Source of the DNA: an uncultured Acidobacteriota bacterium
GTDB lineage: Bacteria; Acidobacteriota; Vicinamibacteria; Vicinamibacterales; UBA8438
Direction of reading: 5' to 3'
Assembly (NCBI GenBank): GCA_913043225.1
Contig: CAJWLU010000001.1
Coordinates: 1-64,000 of the forward strand
Length of the DNA stretch: 64,000 nucleotides
The position numbers and the translations under genes are program-made. The stretch's first letter is position 1; each line of letters starts with the position of its first letter. The notes under the pieces were generated by a model. That model had not been told where the DNA came from, searched no databases, and worked only from the letters and a program-made list of their open reading frames with translations. Shown piece after piece: positions 48,468 to 58,355 of this stretch.

Positions 48468-50015
48468 CTATGGCGTCACGCAGGCGAAACTGGCCGCGTC
48501 GTTCGTATCGCCCGAGCCGTCATACTCAGCCACCTGGGGATACGGACAGAGCGGCCGGGTCATGGTCGTCTCACCGCCGGCGTCGATCTTGGACGCTCGC
48601 AGACGTTCCGGCGCCCGATCCTCCTCCACCCAGACCCGGATCGCCTCGACCCAGTCGACGCGGTCGGGTCCAGGGCCGCCCGCGCAGTGCAACACACCCG
48701 GGAGCATGTACAGACGTGAGTAGTCCGTCGCGGATGCATCCTCGGACTGCAGCTGCTCGAAATAGTCGATGGTCCCCAGCGGCGACAGCGCAAGGTCGGA
48801 CCAGCCGGTCCAGTAGATGATTTTGCCGCCGCCGTCACGGAACACGCTCAGGTCGGTGCTCGTAGCGTTGAGCATCGCGGCCGTTGGTGCGGTGTCCTCC
48901 GCCCAGGTCGAGAAGTCGTACTGGGTATAGTCCCACTCGGGGTCATTGAAGACGAAGTATTTGAACAGCTCAGTACCGAAGCCGTACTGGGCGTTCGGGA
49001 TGCCGCTGGCCCGGCGCGCTTCACTCGCTACCACCCAGGAATCCCAGCCGCCGCGGTTATGCTCGCCGCCGTAGTTGAAGCCGGGATAGATCGACTGCCC
49101 CTTCGACGTCGGTCCGTCATACACCCGCTCGATCGCGGCGAGCTGGGCCTCGGTCACACATCCCTCGGCGGCCACGTCCCCGACGCAGTGCGGTAGGTCG
49201 GCGGGCGTGAAGCCGCAGGTGCGTGGGTCGGTCATCGAACCGTCGACGACTCCGTCGTCACCATCACACGCTTTAAGGATGCTCATCCCTAACAGTTCGA
49301 GGGTGTCTGGGGTGAGTACCGGCTCATCAACGTCGCCGGACGGATAGATCGCCTGTTGGTTCTGCACGAACCCGGCCGTGAAGCCGGTCCAGTGGTAAGC
49401 CGGGGCCGCTGCCACGATGCCATCGAAGTCATCGGGATAGCGCTGCGACTCCATCATCGCCTGACCGCCGCCTCGGCTGCAGCCAACGAAATAGGAGTAG
49501 TCAGGCCCCTGATCGTAGTAGTGCTGGATGATGGACTTGCTGGCTTCGGAGGTCAGATGCACCGCACGGTGCCCAAAGTTCCCCTGCCGTTCGGGATGAT
49601 TCAGCGCCCAGGAAGCCTGAATGCCGTTGCCCTTGTGCCCCGTGTCCGTACCCACCGTAGCGTAGCCGCGCTCAAGCGGACCACCACCGTGAGCGTAGAG
49701 GCCACGTGCCTGGTTCTGAACACTGCCCACGAAGCCGCCACCACCGCCCATCAGGAACCGTCCGTTCCAGGCATTGGGCTCGGGTAACAGCAGCTCGAAC
49801 TTGATCTCGGTCTCGATCACGCCAGCGACACGGCAGTGCGTAGGGATGGTATCGGTCGCGGCCACGATCTCGGCTTCGCCGATGCGCATGGCAATCAATT
49901 CGAGCGTCGCCAGGCCGGCGCACCCATCCACGGTGGTCGGCGTCGCACAGGCCGCGGCAACCGCCAGCCCGACCCCCAGGCTCAATCTCAGCAACGTTCT
50001 CCGAATCGACGACAC
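48468..50015 (-). CDS. Tannase/feruloyl esterase family hydrolase (lipoprotein)
   Basis: GGGG, TDTGH, GCSRGG, WSD, PGVLHCAGG, TRPLCPYP; GAGGAG SD before GTG at 50015. Confidence 0.93.
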   Translation of the reverse strand: MSSIRRTLLRLSLGVGLAVAAACATPTTVDGCAGLATLELIAMRIGEAEIVAATDTIPTHCRVAGVIETEIKFELLLPEPNAWNGRFLMGGGGGFVGSVQNQARGLYAHGGGPLERGYATVGTDTGHKGNGIQASWALNHPERQGNFGHRAVHLTSEASKSIIQHYYDQGPDYSYFVGCSRGGGQAMMESQRYPDDFDGIVAAAPAYHWTGFTAGFVQNQQAIYPSGDVDEPVLTPDTLELLGMSILKACDGDDGVVDGSMTDPRTCGFTPADLPHCVGDVAAEGCVTEAQLAAIERVYDGPTSKGQSIYPGFNYGGEHNRGGWDSWVVASEARRASGIPNAQYGFGTELFKYFVFNDPEWDYTQYDFSTWAEDTAPTAAMLNATSTDLSVFRDGGGKIIYWTGWSDLALSPLGTIDYFEQLQSEDASATDYSRLYMLPGVLHCAGGPGPDRVDWVEAIRVWVEEDRAPERLRASKIDAGGETTMTRPLCPYPQVAEYDGSGDTNDAASFACVTP

Positions 50016-50070
50016 CGGTCTCTCCTCTTTCGGCGTTAATGTGGCCAACGCAGCTCGCGAGTGGTTGGAG

Positions 50071-51717
50071 TTACCGCAGTTCGCGCGGCAACGACTCGCC
50101 TTCGAGCAACAGATACAGGTGCGCTTCGAGCTGCTGCATTCCCGCTTCGCCATCGAACGAGAGCCGGCCGTCCCTGTCTTCGTCGAAGCCCTCGGCAATC
50201 TGGTAGGTCAGCGCCTGGAGCCTCCCCACCAGGGGAGCCGCCCGGCGAATCGACACGGCGTCCCGAAGCTGGGAAGCGATGTCGACCGCCTCTCGAGCGT
50301 GGGTCAGCATGCCATCCGCGATCTGGGTTACGTGGCCGGTATGGGTCTCCAGATTGTCCGAAGCCCCAGACTCGGCAGCCGCTCGCTCCAAGTGCTCGAC
50401 CAGAGCCTCGACCGCCGGAATCACGCCGAACCCAAGACCGGGCCCCGAGGCGCCGTCGGCCGGATCAAGCAAATGCAACACGTGCGCGCCGTGGCGTCGC
50501 ATGGCAGCGAAGTCGCTCAGGTCGCCGGCGGCAAAGTTCGCGTGGAGCACGGCGGCCCCCACCTCTGCCGATGCGGTCGCAGCGAGTCCCATCCCGTCAG
50601 GGGCACCAGGGAAGACATACGCCACGTGGCCGAGGTGGAGGGACCCGCCACCCGGAAGCGCACTCGCGGTACCGTTCGGCTCGTGGCGCTCAAGCATGCG
50701 GCGCCGGACCACGGCGCCATAGACGTTACCGGCCAAATCAACCCCGACGCCTTCGGCTCCACTGTGCTCGATGGCGTATGGCTCCAGATCCTCGATTAAA
50801 TACTCGACCGAGCCGTCCTGGGCACTGCCCACTCTGATGCCCTTCTTCCAACCGGGATTGTCGGTGCCAAAGGACTCGGAGTCGGCAACATAGATCCGGT
50901 CGTCGGCGCCGATCGCGATTCCGCTTGGCCGACCAAATTGATACCAGACGTCGAGGAAGGTGCCCTGCTGGTCGAAGATCTGGATCCGGTTGTTCCCCCG
51001 GTCGCCGACGAACAGCCGTCCCTGGGAATCGAGCGCGATGGTGTGGGGAACGTTGAACTCGCCCGGCGCTGACCCTGTTTGGCCCCACGACATCAGGAAA
51101 CTGCCATCGGCCGCGTACTTCGTCACCCGGTTCGCTCCGGCGACGAAGCTGTGCCCCTCAGTGATGAAGACCTCACCCGTCGCAGCCACCACCACGTCGG
51201 TCGGTTCATTCAGCCGCGGCGGGTCGCCCGCCGTGCCCCGATCGCCGATAGTCAGCAGCAAGTTCCCGTCGGCATCGAACTTAACCACCCGGTGTCCCCG
51301 CTGATCGGCCACCCAAACGTTGCCCTCGTCGTCGAGGTCGAGTCCATGCGGAAAGTCGAACATGCCGGACCCCCAGCTGAGGAGGAGCTGGCCATCGGGA
51401 TCGAGCTTGAGAAGCGCCGACTCGCTGCGCCCGGTACAAGAATTCTGCAGACAGCGGCTCAGCAGATAGATGTTGCCGTCCGGCCCCTCATCGGCCCCGA
51501 TGAACGAAGCGCGCGCGTCGTAGGCGCCGGGCTCGTACGGATTCGGAAGCTCGCCCCACGGGTGCACTCGTACGTAGGGATTCGGGAGGTCGTTGGTTGG
51601 CGCGACCCGCGTCTGGTCCTGGTGCTGCGCTTCAGCAAGTCCCGCGATTGTGAGCCACAACACCACCGCCAGCAAACCGACCACCCGCACGGCGGGCTTC
51701 CCATTCAGCATCCGCAC
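50071..51717 (-). CDS. Secreted NHL-repeat (PAL-like) beta-propeller fused to a His-rich helical domain
   Basis: FPHGL, PTDV, FNVPHTIALD, GDRGNNRIQIF; C-domain HLGHV..HGAHVLH..HTGHV..DEDRDG. Confidence 0.85.
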   Translation of the reverse strand: MRMLNGKPAVRVVGLLAVVLWLTIAGLAEAQHQDQTRVAPTNDLPNPYVRVHPWGELPNPYEPGAYDARASFIGADEGPDGNIYLLSRCLQNSCTGRSESALLKLDPDGQLLLSWGSGMFDFPHGLDLDDEGNVWVADQRGHRVVKFDADGNLLLTIGDRGTAGDPPRLNEPTDVVVAATGEVFITEGHSFVAGANRVTKYAADGSFLMSWGQTGSAPGEFNVPHTIALDSQGRLFVGDRGNNRIQIFDQQGTFLDVWYQFGRPSGIAIGADDRIYVADSESFGTDNPGWKKGIRVGSAQDGSVEYLIEDLEPYAIEHSGAEGVGVDLAGNVYGAVVRRRMLERHEPNGTASALPGGGSLHLGHVAYVFPGAPDGMGLAATASAEVGAAVLHANFAAGDLSDFAAMRRHGAHVLHLLDPADGASGPGLGFGVIPAVEALVEHLERAAAESGASDNLETHTGHVTQIADGMLTHAREAVDIASQLRDAVSIRRAAPLVGRLQALTYQIAEGFDEDRDGRLSFDGEAGMQQLEAHLYLLLEGESLPRELR

Positions 51718-51723
51718 TCTCCT

Positions 51724-52932
51724 TCAGTCCTCGCGGCCCGCGTAGCCATCTCTCGTCTGCGGCAGCTTCCAACCCAGCAACCGGCTCGCGATCTGCGTGC
51801 GCAGCACCTGCGCCGTACCGCCGCCAATGGTGAACATCCGCGCGTCGCGCACCATCCGCTCCAAGGGAAGATCGCGCGAATACCCACGAGCCCCGAATAG
51901 TTGGAGCGCCTGGTTGGTGACCACAATCGCCATCTCCGAGGCCTGTACCTTGGCTTGAGCCGCCAACAGGGGATCGGGAAACGGATCAGCCGACACGGCC
52001 GCCTGGTAGATCGCTAGCCGAGCCGCGTTCAACTGCACCGACATGTCGGCCAGCATCCACTGCACCCCCTGGAACTCACCAACCGGTCGCCCAAACTGCC
52101 GCCGTTCCTTGACGAAGTCGAGCGCCAACTCGAAGGCGCCCTGCGCGATGCCGAGCGCGACGGTCGCCGCGCCAACACGCTGGGTGTTGTAAGCGCTCAT
52201 CAGCTCGGCAAACCCGCGTCGCCATCCACCCGGCGGGCGGAGCACCATATCACCAGGAATCTCGAGGTCATCGAAGGTCACCTCAGTTTCGGGTAATCCG
52301 CGAAGCCCCATCGCCGGCTCGCGCCGACCAATTCGGAAACCTCGCGCTGAGGCGACCTCCGGGTCGTCACGAACGAAGAGAAAACCGCCGACGCCCTGTT
52401 CCTCACCAGCCTCACCGAACACGCGCGCAAAGATCAGGTACAGCTTCGAGACCCCACCGCCGGTGATCCAGTGTTTCTTGCCGTTAAGGATGTAGCCATC
52501 GCCACGCTCGACCGCCGACGTCGTCAGCTCGCTGGCCGCCGAACCCGCCTCCGGCTCGGTGATGCAAATGGCCGGCTTGTCTCCGGCCAGCACGAGCTGA
52601 GCCGCCAGGGCACGCTGCGCCTCGGTTCCATAGCAAATCACGGCCGAGAGCACCCCCATATTCGCCTCGACCGCAATGCGACCCGTGACGCCGCAGACCC
52701 GCGCCATCTCCTCGACGATAACCACCGCGTCGAGCAGGCTGCCGCCTTGTCCCCCGATTTCCTTGGGGATGGTATAGCCCAACAGCCCCTCACCCACCAG
52801 AGCCTCAATATTGTCCCAGGGATAGGCCTCGCTTCGGTCGACCTCAGCCGCCCTGTCGCGGACTCTCCCCTCGGCCACCGCCCGGGCGTGACGCCGGAGC
52901 GCTTTCTGGTCAGCCCTGAGGTCGAACGACAT
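51724..52932 (-). CDS. Acyl-CoA dehydrogenase family, probable 3-sulfinopropanoyl-CoA desulfinase
   Basis: GRIAVEANMG, GDKPAICITEP, AYNTQR, MFTIGGGT (no catalytic Glu), KLPQTRDGY terminus. Confidence 0.85.
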   Translation of the reverse strand: MSFDLRADQKALRRHARAVAEGRVRDRAAEVDRSEAYPWDNIEALVGEGLLGYTIPKEIGGQGGSLLDAVVIVEEMARVCGVTGRIAVEANMGVLSAVICYGTEAQRALAAQLVLAGDKPAICITEPEAGSAASELTTSAVERGDGYILNGKKHWITGGGVSKLYLIFARVFGEAGEEQGVGGFLFVRDDPEVASARGFRIGRREPAMGLRGLPETEVTFDDLEIPGDMVLRPPGGWRRGFAELMSAYNTQRVGAATVALGIAQGAFELALDFVKERRQFGRPVGEFQGVQWMLADMSVQLNAARLAIYQAAVSADPFPDPLLAAQAKVQASEMAIVVTNQALQLFGARGYSRDLPLERMVRDARMFTIGGGTAQVLRTQIASRLLGWKLPQTRDGYAGRED

Positions 52933-53064
52933 CGTCCGTATTAGACACCCGGTCGCCATTTCGATCTACGACGCCCCGTACCGTGGGCGTCGTGGGCAGA
53001 GGCGAGCTGCTCTCTCGATCACCTTGGCAGGATCCCGGGTTCTGACCTTGCAGATTCCTTCAGG

Positions 53065-55338
53065 CTAGGCGAGATGCAGCGGCAGGTCGCGTAGCCGCTG
53101 ACCGGTCACCGCGAAGAGCGCGTTGGCGACCGCCGGAGCCACCGGCGGTACGCCCGGCTCACCGAGGCCACCGACCGGGGCGTCCGACTCGATGAACGAA
53201 ACGTTCACTCGCGGCGCTTGGGCCAACCGCACCATGTTGAAGTCAGGAAAGTTGCGGTTCTCGACCGCTCCCTCCTTGACCGTGATCTCGTGAAAGAGGG
53301 CCGCCGAAAGACCAAAGATGACGCTGCCGTGGATCTGGGCCAGAGCCTGTTGCGGGTTCACCACCAGACCGCAGTCGACCGCCGAATCGACCCGGTAGAC
53401 CAGGATCCGCCCGTTCTCGACGCCCACCTCGCACACGTTGGCCACGATCGAGCCGAACGACTCAAAGATGGCGATGCCACGGGCACGACCGTCGGGCAGC
53501 GCGCTGGCCCAACGGGCCATGTCGGCCGCCCGTTCGAGCACCGCTCGATGACGCGGCGCGTCGGAGAGGAGCTCCCGCCTGAACTCAAACGGATCTCGAC
53601 CGGCTGCATGCGCCAGCTCGTCGGCGAACGACTCGGCGAAGAACCCGTGCTGGGACGCCGCCACCGAACGCCATTCGCCCGTGCGCAGGTGGGCGGGTGA
53701 GGTTACCACCGCGATGTCCTTATCCTTGATCCCATACGGCGGATCCGCTTCGAGCCCGTCGGTGGCGCGACCGGTGAAGCGACTGGCCCAACGATGGATC
53801 CTTCCCGGCTCGTCGACCACACCCTGGAAGCGGCCCATCACGAACGGCCGGTAGTAGCCGTGCCGCATGTCCTCCTCGCGGCTCCAAACCAGCTTCACCG
53901 GTCGTGGTGCGGTCGCCTTCGCGACCGCCACCGCCTGCTCGACGTAGTCGTAGGTGCCCGGGAGACGGCGGCCAAAACCGCCTCCGAGCTGCTGGTTGTG
54001 GATATAGACCGCGTCACGCTCGAGCCCCGCCACCGCGGCAGCCACCCCGCGTGTACTCAGCGGATCCTGGGTGCCGCACCAGACGTCCAGTCGACCATCA
54101 GCGAGCTGCGCCGTGGCCGCCATCGGCTCCATGGTGGCGTGTGAGAGATACGGCACGCAGTACTCGGCCGTAACCACCTGGCCGCCCTGGGTTGGCTCGG
54201 CCAGCGGCTCCTCGTCGAGCGCTGCCGCGTGCCAGCCGCGAATAGTGGCAGTATCGACGTGCCCAAGACCCGCGTCCGTGAACTGCGGCTCGAGCGCGTC
54301 GAGCGCCTGCTGGGCGTGCCAGTAGCTCTTGGCTACCACCGCTACCGCATCGTCGAGCTGCACCACCTGCTCGACCCCGTTCATCGCCTCGGCCGGCGAC
54401 GGATCCACCTGAGCGAGCTGCCCCCCGGGCACCGGCGCCCGCATGATGGCGGCATAGGCCATATCCGGCCGGACCACATCCATCCCGTAGCCGGCCTCGC
54501 CCACGACCTTACCGGGGATGTCGGCCCGATCCTGCGACGTGCCTACCAGGCGGTACTCGTCCCGCGACTTGAGCCGCGGGCTGCTCGGCAGATCCAGCTC
54601 ACTCGCCCGACCAACCAGTTCGCCAAACGTCGCACTTTGCCCCGACGGCTCGTGGTGCACACGGGAGTCGCGGGCCACGAGCTCCGCCTTCGACACACCG
54701 AACTGTTCGGCGCCCGCTTCGAGCAACATCTCGCGCGCCGTGGCGCCAGCGAGTCGTAGTCCGAAGACACCGGTCCCTCTGGTGCTAGTGCTCCCGCCGG
54801 TGACCTGGAGACCCGCGAACTGCGCCATCTTGAACGACCCGAAGTCGAACGCCCGTCCCATAAATCCTGGAATGGAGACCCCAACCTCGCCCAGGAAGGC
54901 GTGGAGGATGTAGCCGTTCGCATAGATGTCCTCGGCCGGCGCCTCCTCGATGGTGCACAGGTTCCAGTCCGCGTCGAGTTCCTCGACCAGCAACATGCCA
55001 AGACCCGTGAGGGCGCCCTGCCCCATCTCGCAGTGCGGCACTAGCACCGTGGTGTGGTTGTTTGGTGTGATCCTGATCCAGGTAGTGAGGTGCCCCTCAC
55101 CCTCGGCCCCGTCGGGCACGTAAGAGAGCCGGTTTGGCGAGAACACGATTCCACCGACACCCAGCACCAAGCCGCCACCAGCGGCGGCGCCAGCGCCGAT
55201 GAAAGCGCGTCGGGTCCACTTACGAAGTCGCGACCGCTTTCCGGCCCCTGTCGATATCTTGCCGAATGGGGTAATCGGTTCGGGAGATGGCTCGGTCGGA
55301 GGTGTGGACGCGGACGGCGGCGTCAGCTCGTCAGACAT
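53065..55338 (-). CDS. Isoquinoline 1-oxidoreductase beta-like molybdopterin subunit
   Basis: RRAFI Tat-like; EMGQG, TGGS, HATMEP, LGGGFGRR, WRSV, GGLGEPG. Confidence 0.93.
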   Translation of the reverse strand: MSDELTPPSASTPPTEPSPEPITPFGKISTGAGKRSRLRKWTRRAFIGAGAAAGGGLVLGVGGIVFSPNRLSYVPDGAEGEGHLTTWIRITPNNHTTVLVPHCEMGQGALTGLGMLLVEELDADWNLCTIEEAPAEDIYANGYILHAFLGEVGVSIPGFMGRAFDFGSFKMAQFAGLQVTGGSTSTRGTGVFGLRLAGATAREMLLEAGAEQFGVSKAELVARDSRVHHEPSGQSATFGELVGRASELDLPSSPRLKSRDEYRLVGTSQDRADIPGKVVGEAGYGMDVVRPDMAYAAIMRAPVPGGQLAQVDPSPAEAMNGVEQVVQLDDAVAVVAKSYWHAQQALDALEPQFTDAGLGHVDTATIRGWHAAALDEEPLAEPTQGGQVVTAEYCVPYLSHATMEPMAATAQLADGRLDVWCGTQDPLSTRGVAAAVAGLERDAVYIHNQQLGGGFGRRLPGTYDYVEQAVAVAKATAPRPVKLVWSREEDMRHGYYRPFVMGRFQGVVDEPGRIHRWASRFTGRATDGLEADPPYGIKDKDIAVVTSPAHLRTGEWRSVAASQHGFFAESFADELAHAAGRDPFEFRRELLSDAPRHRAVLERAADMARWASALPDGRARGIAIFESFGSIVANVCEVGVENGRILVYRVDSAVDCGLVVNPQQALAQIHGSVIFGLSAALFHEITVKEGAVENRNFPDFNMVRLAQAPRVNVSFIESDAPVGGLGEPGVPPVAPAVANALFAVTGQRLRDLPLHLA

Positions 55339-55816
55339 TGCCGTTCTCCTCGTCCAGATCCTCATCGGTCTTCTGGACCACCGACTGCACCGCCGACCGG
55401 ATCCGCTCGTAGGTACCGCACCGGCAGATGTTGGTGATCGATTCAGTCACCTGCTCGTCGGTAACGTCCGGCCGCCGTTCTAGCAAGGCTGAGATCGCCA
55501 TGAGCATGCCAGGCTGGCAGTACCCACATTGCGGCACCTGGTGATCGATCCAAGCCTGCTGTAGCGGATGCAGTGCTTCGCCGTCGGCCAAGCCCTCGAT
55601 GGTGATCACCGCCCGACCAGCCACGTTGGCCACCGGTACCGAGCAGGACCGCACGGCCGCCCCGTCGAGGTGGACGGTGCAGGCGCCACAGTTGCCGATA
55701 CCGCAGCTAAACTTGGTCCCGGTGAGCCCGGCCGACTCCCGCAACGCCCACAACAGGGGCATCTCGGGTGGCACGTCCAGGCTGACCGCCTCGCCGTTGA
55801 GAGTGAAGTCAATCAT
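55331..55816 (-). CDS. (2Fe-2S) small subunit, IorA/CoxS-like
   Basis: GTKFSCGIGNCGACTV, QCGYCQ, NICRCGTY. Confidence 0.95.
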   Translation of the reverse strand: MIDFTLNGEAVSLDVPPEMPLLWALRESAGLTGTKFSCGIGNCGACTVHLDGAAVRSCSVPVANVAGRAVITIEGLADGEALHPLQQAWIDHQVPQCGYCQPGMLMAISALLERRPDVTDEQVTESITNICRCGTYERIRSAVQSVVQKTDEDLDEENGNV

Positions 55817-55980
55817 GCCGTCCTCACATGGAAGCGTCGTTCGAGCGGTGCGCGAAACGGGCCTTCAACGAAGTTCTGTAACAAGGTTGCAGGCAAAGCC
55901 TGAGAGGTCGGTCTAAGCGGACAATACGGGCACCTGCTCCGCCTCCAGGACAGAGGCAAGCAAAGCCAGGCCCGTCAACA

Positions 55981-57369
55981 CTACTGCTCGTTGCCGTCGT
56001 TGGTCTCGCGCGCGGCGCGTTCCGCAGTCAGTTCGTCGTATTGCTCGTCGGACAGGTAGGTGATTCCGATCCAGGCGTGTGACATCTCGTCGACGCCACG
56101 GGCCCCGAACACAACCCACTGATCCGGATCGGGGTTGATCCGATTCGCGGCCGAGTTATCCCACTTGCCACGGAGCATCAGCACGGTCCCCTTCGGCAGA
56201 AGCGGCTGGGCTTCTTCATCGTAGACGTAGGCGATCTGCCAGTTGTGGTCGTAGCGGTTGACGTTGCTCAGCAGCTCGCGCCGTCCGTCGGGATAAAGCG
56301 CCGTCATCGACATCTCGGTGCCTCGCATATGCATGTGCGGTCGGAAGCTCTGGATGAGTGCCGGCTGCTCCATCACATACTGGTCCTCGAGCACGAGGCT
56401 ACCATGGGGAGGAATCAGGATGTCGCTCGCTCGCAGCCGCTCCCGGTGGGTGCCATCCACATAGAACTGCTGCTCACCGGCCGTAATCTTGGTCGGATCC
56501 TCGTCCTCCGGATAGAGCCACACCCCAACGTCGATCAGGTCGGTAACCTCTTCGCCCACTGGGAAATAGTGGATATTGAAGCTGACGGTCGCCGGCCCAG
56601 GCGGCAGCAGCTTGCCCACGCCCTCAGGTAGCACATCCCACCGCTTGCCGATGCCCATGCCGACCAGGCGGACAGCCCGCGGGCGCTCTTGGCCATCTTC
56701 TGTCTCCTTTGCACGAAGATAGGCGTGCCCATGGTGAGCTACCTTCATGCCACCAGGGAACGACGGCTTGAACTCGGCGGCACGAATATAACGCGGAGTG
56801 TCGAAGCCCTCGAACTCGAGCTCGGGCTCCCACCACTGATCCTGCCCATTGGCCACGACGGTGTACGGTGTCGACTGGATGACAAAGTCGGGCGGACGGC
56901 TCAGTTCCTGCTCGACGGCCCAGCCATCGGCCGGCGGGAAGGTCAGTGGCGCGGGCATGTCGTCCGGGTTGCCTTCCGGCGCCCCGCCGTCGACCCAGCG
57001 CACGATCGTGCCTACTTCGGTATCGCTCAACGAAATGTCGTTCTTGTATTCCTGGATACCCACCGAGGCGTCGAGATGCCAGGGCGGCATCAGGCGACGC
57101 TCTACCTTATCTCTGATGCTACGAGCCCAGGGGCGTGCCTCGCGGTAGGTGAGCAGCGACATTGGCGCGATACCGATCGGCTGATGGCAGTTCTGGCAAG
57201 ACCGCTGCAGGATGGGTGCGACATCCTTGCTGAAGGTTGGCGTTCCGTCCGCTTCACCCGGTACCCCAGCGGCACCGGTCTGAGCCAACGTCTGGCTGCT
57301 CACGCCAAACGCCAGAGCTAGGACCAGTCCGGTCAGCGTCCGCCGTACGTTCATGGTTGCCATCGCCAT
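55981..57369 (-). CDS. Secreted cytochrome c / copper type II (PHM/DBH-like) monooxygenase fusion, copy 2
   Basis: PTFSKDVAPILQRSCQNCH, MPPW; AHH, NIHY, PHMH, YDHNWQ, DEM. Confidence 0.88.
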   Translation of the reverse strand: MAMATMNVRRTLTGLVLALAFGVSSQTLAQTGAAGVPGEADGTPTFSKDVAPILQRSCQNCHQPIGIAPMSLLTYREARPWARSIRDKVERRLMPPWHLDASVGIQEYKNDISLSDTEVGTIVRWVDGGAPEGNPDDMPAPLTFPPADGWAVEQELSRPPDFVIQSTPYTVVANGQDQWWEPELEFEGFDTPRYIRAAEFKPSFPGGMKVAHHGHAYLRAKETEDGQERPRAVRLVGMGIGKRWDVLPEGVGKLLPPGPATVSFNIHYFPVGEEVTDLIDVGVWLYPEDEDPTKITAGEQQFYVDGTHRERLRASDILIPPHGSLVLEDQYVMEQPALIQSFRPHMHMRGTEMSMTALYPDGRRELLSNVNRYDHNWQIAYVYDEEAQPLLPKGTVLMLRGKWDNSAANRINPDPDQWVVFGARGVDEMSHAWIGITYLSDEQYDELTAERAARETNDGNEQ

Positions 57370-57401
57370 GGATGTCCTCATCTCTACGTGTGACGCCCCT
57401 C

Positions 57402-58289
57402 TCACGGGGTCACTGTAACCGGCAAGTAGGCGTTGGTCCAACAGCACTGGAACTCAAACTCCCGGATCACGTTGAACGCCAGGAACCGCAGCAGATACTC
57501 ACCCGGCTCGGCGAACGTGACCGCGGTTGCCACCTTGGCCCCGCCCTCAGCCGACCAGACGTCGCGTTCGACGCTCGTGGTCCGCTCGGCGAAGGTGACC
57601 TCGCCGCTCCCCTGGTGCTTGAACCACTTGACGTTGATCGGACGCTCGTCCTCGGCCGCCACGTCGTCCCGGCTGATCCAGGCGTTCAACTCTACCGGCG
57701 TACCCGCCTTAACCTCGACCGCCTCTGCCACGATGCCGCGCGGTCCACGACCCGACGGTCCATCCTCAATCCACCGCACGAGCGGCGATAGCGTGGTTCG
57801 GCCGGGGAAATCCCAGCCGGCCAGCTCGTACGCTGAACTTGTCAGACGCCCTGGCACCGACAGCGTCTGCTCCTTCGACCGGATGGTCCAGACCACGTCG
57901 CGGTCGCCGAAGTCGGCCGGGACGGTCACGGTGAACGCCCCGACGTGACGTCGGTCCCGATCAGGCACCGGCTCGAAACGGGTCGGTTGCATGCCGTGAA
58001 ACTCGACCGGCTCGACGAAGTTCTCCGGACCAAGTGGCACTTCGATGACCTCTTCGGTGTTCACGTTGAAGAAGCCGAACGACAGCTCGAACGTGCCGTC
58101 CAGGTTGCGGAACCAGCCCTCGAAGATGGGCACCACCGGCCCGCCGGATGGGCGCAGTAGCTGGACGTCGAACTGCGTCTCACCCGGGTTGGCCACCCGA
58201 CGTTCGGAGGCTCGCTGGGCGACGGCGTCGGCAGCGACCAGCAGCGCTACTAGCACGGTCACCACGGCGCCAACGAACCACCGGCACAT
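57402..58289 (-). CDS. Uncharacterised secreted partner protein, copy 2
   Basis: PIFEGWF.N.DGT..LSFGFFN, QPT.F, FTVTVPADF, VTFAEPGEYLLR; paralog of 38602-39603; start uncertain. Confidence 0.83.
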   Translation of the reverse strand: MCRWFVGAVVTVLVALLVAADAVAQRASERRVANPGETQFDVQLLRPSGGPVVPIFEGWFRNLDGTFELSFGFFNVNTEEVIEVPLGPENFVEPVEFHGMQPTRFEPVPDRDRRHVGAFTVTVPADFGDRDVVWTIRSKEQTLSVPGRLTSSAYELAGWDFPGRTTLSPLVRWIEDGPSGRGPRGIVAEAVEVKAGTPVELNAWISRDDVAAEDERPINVKWFKHQGSGEVTFAERTTSVERDVWSAEGGAKVATAVTFAEPGEYLLRFLAFNVIREFEFQCCWTNAYLPVTVTP

Positions 58290-58355
58290 GGCTACATTCA
58301 CGACCTTATTAGTCTCTCTCAATCGAGACGCCCTTGCCAGATCGGAAACCAGCCC

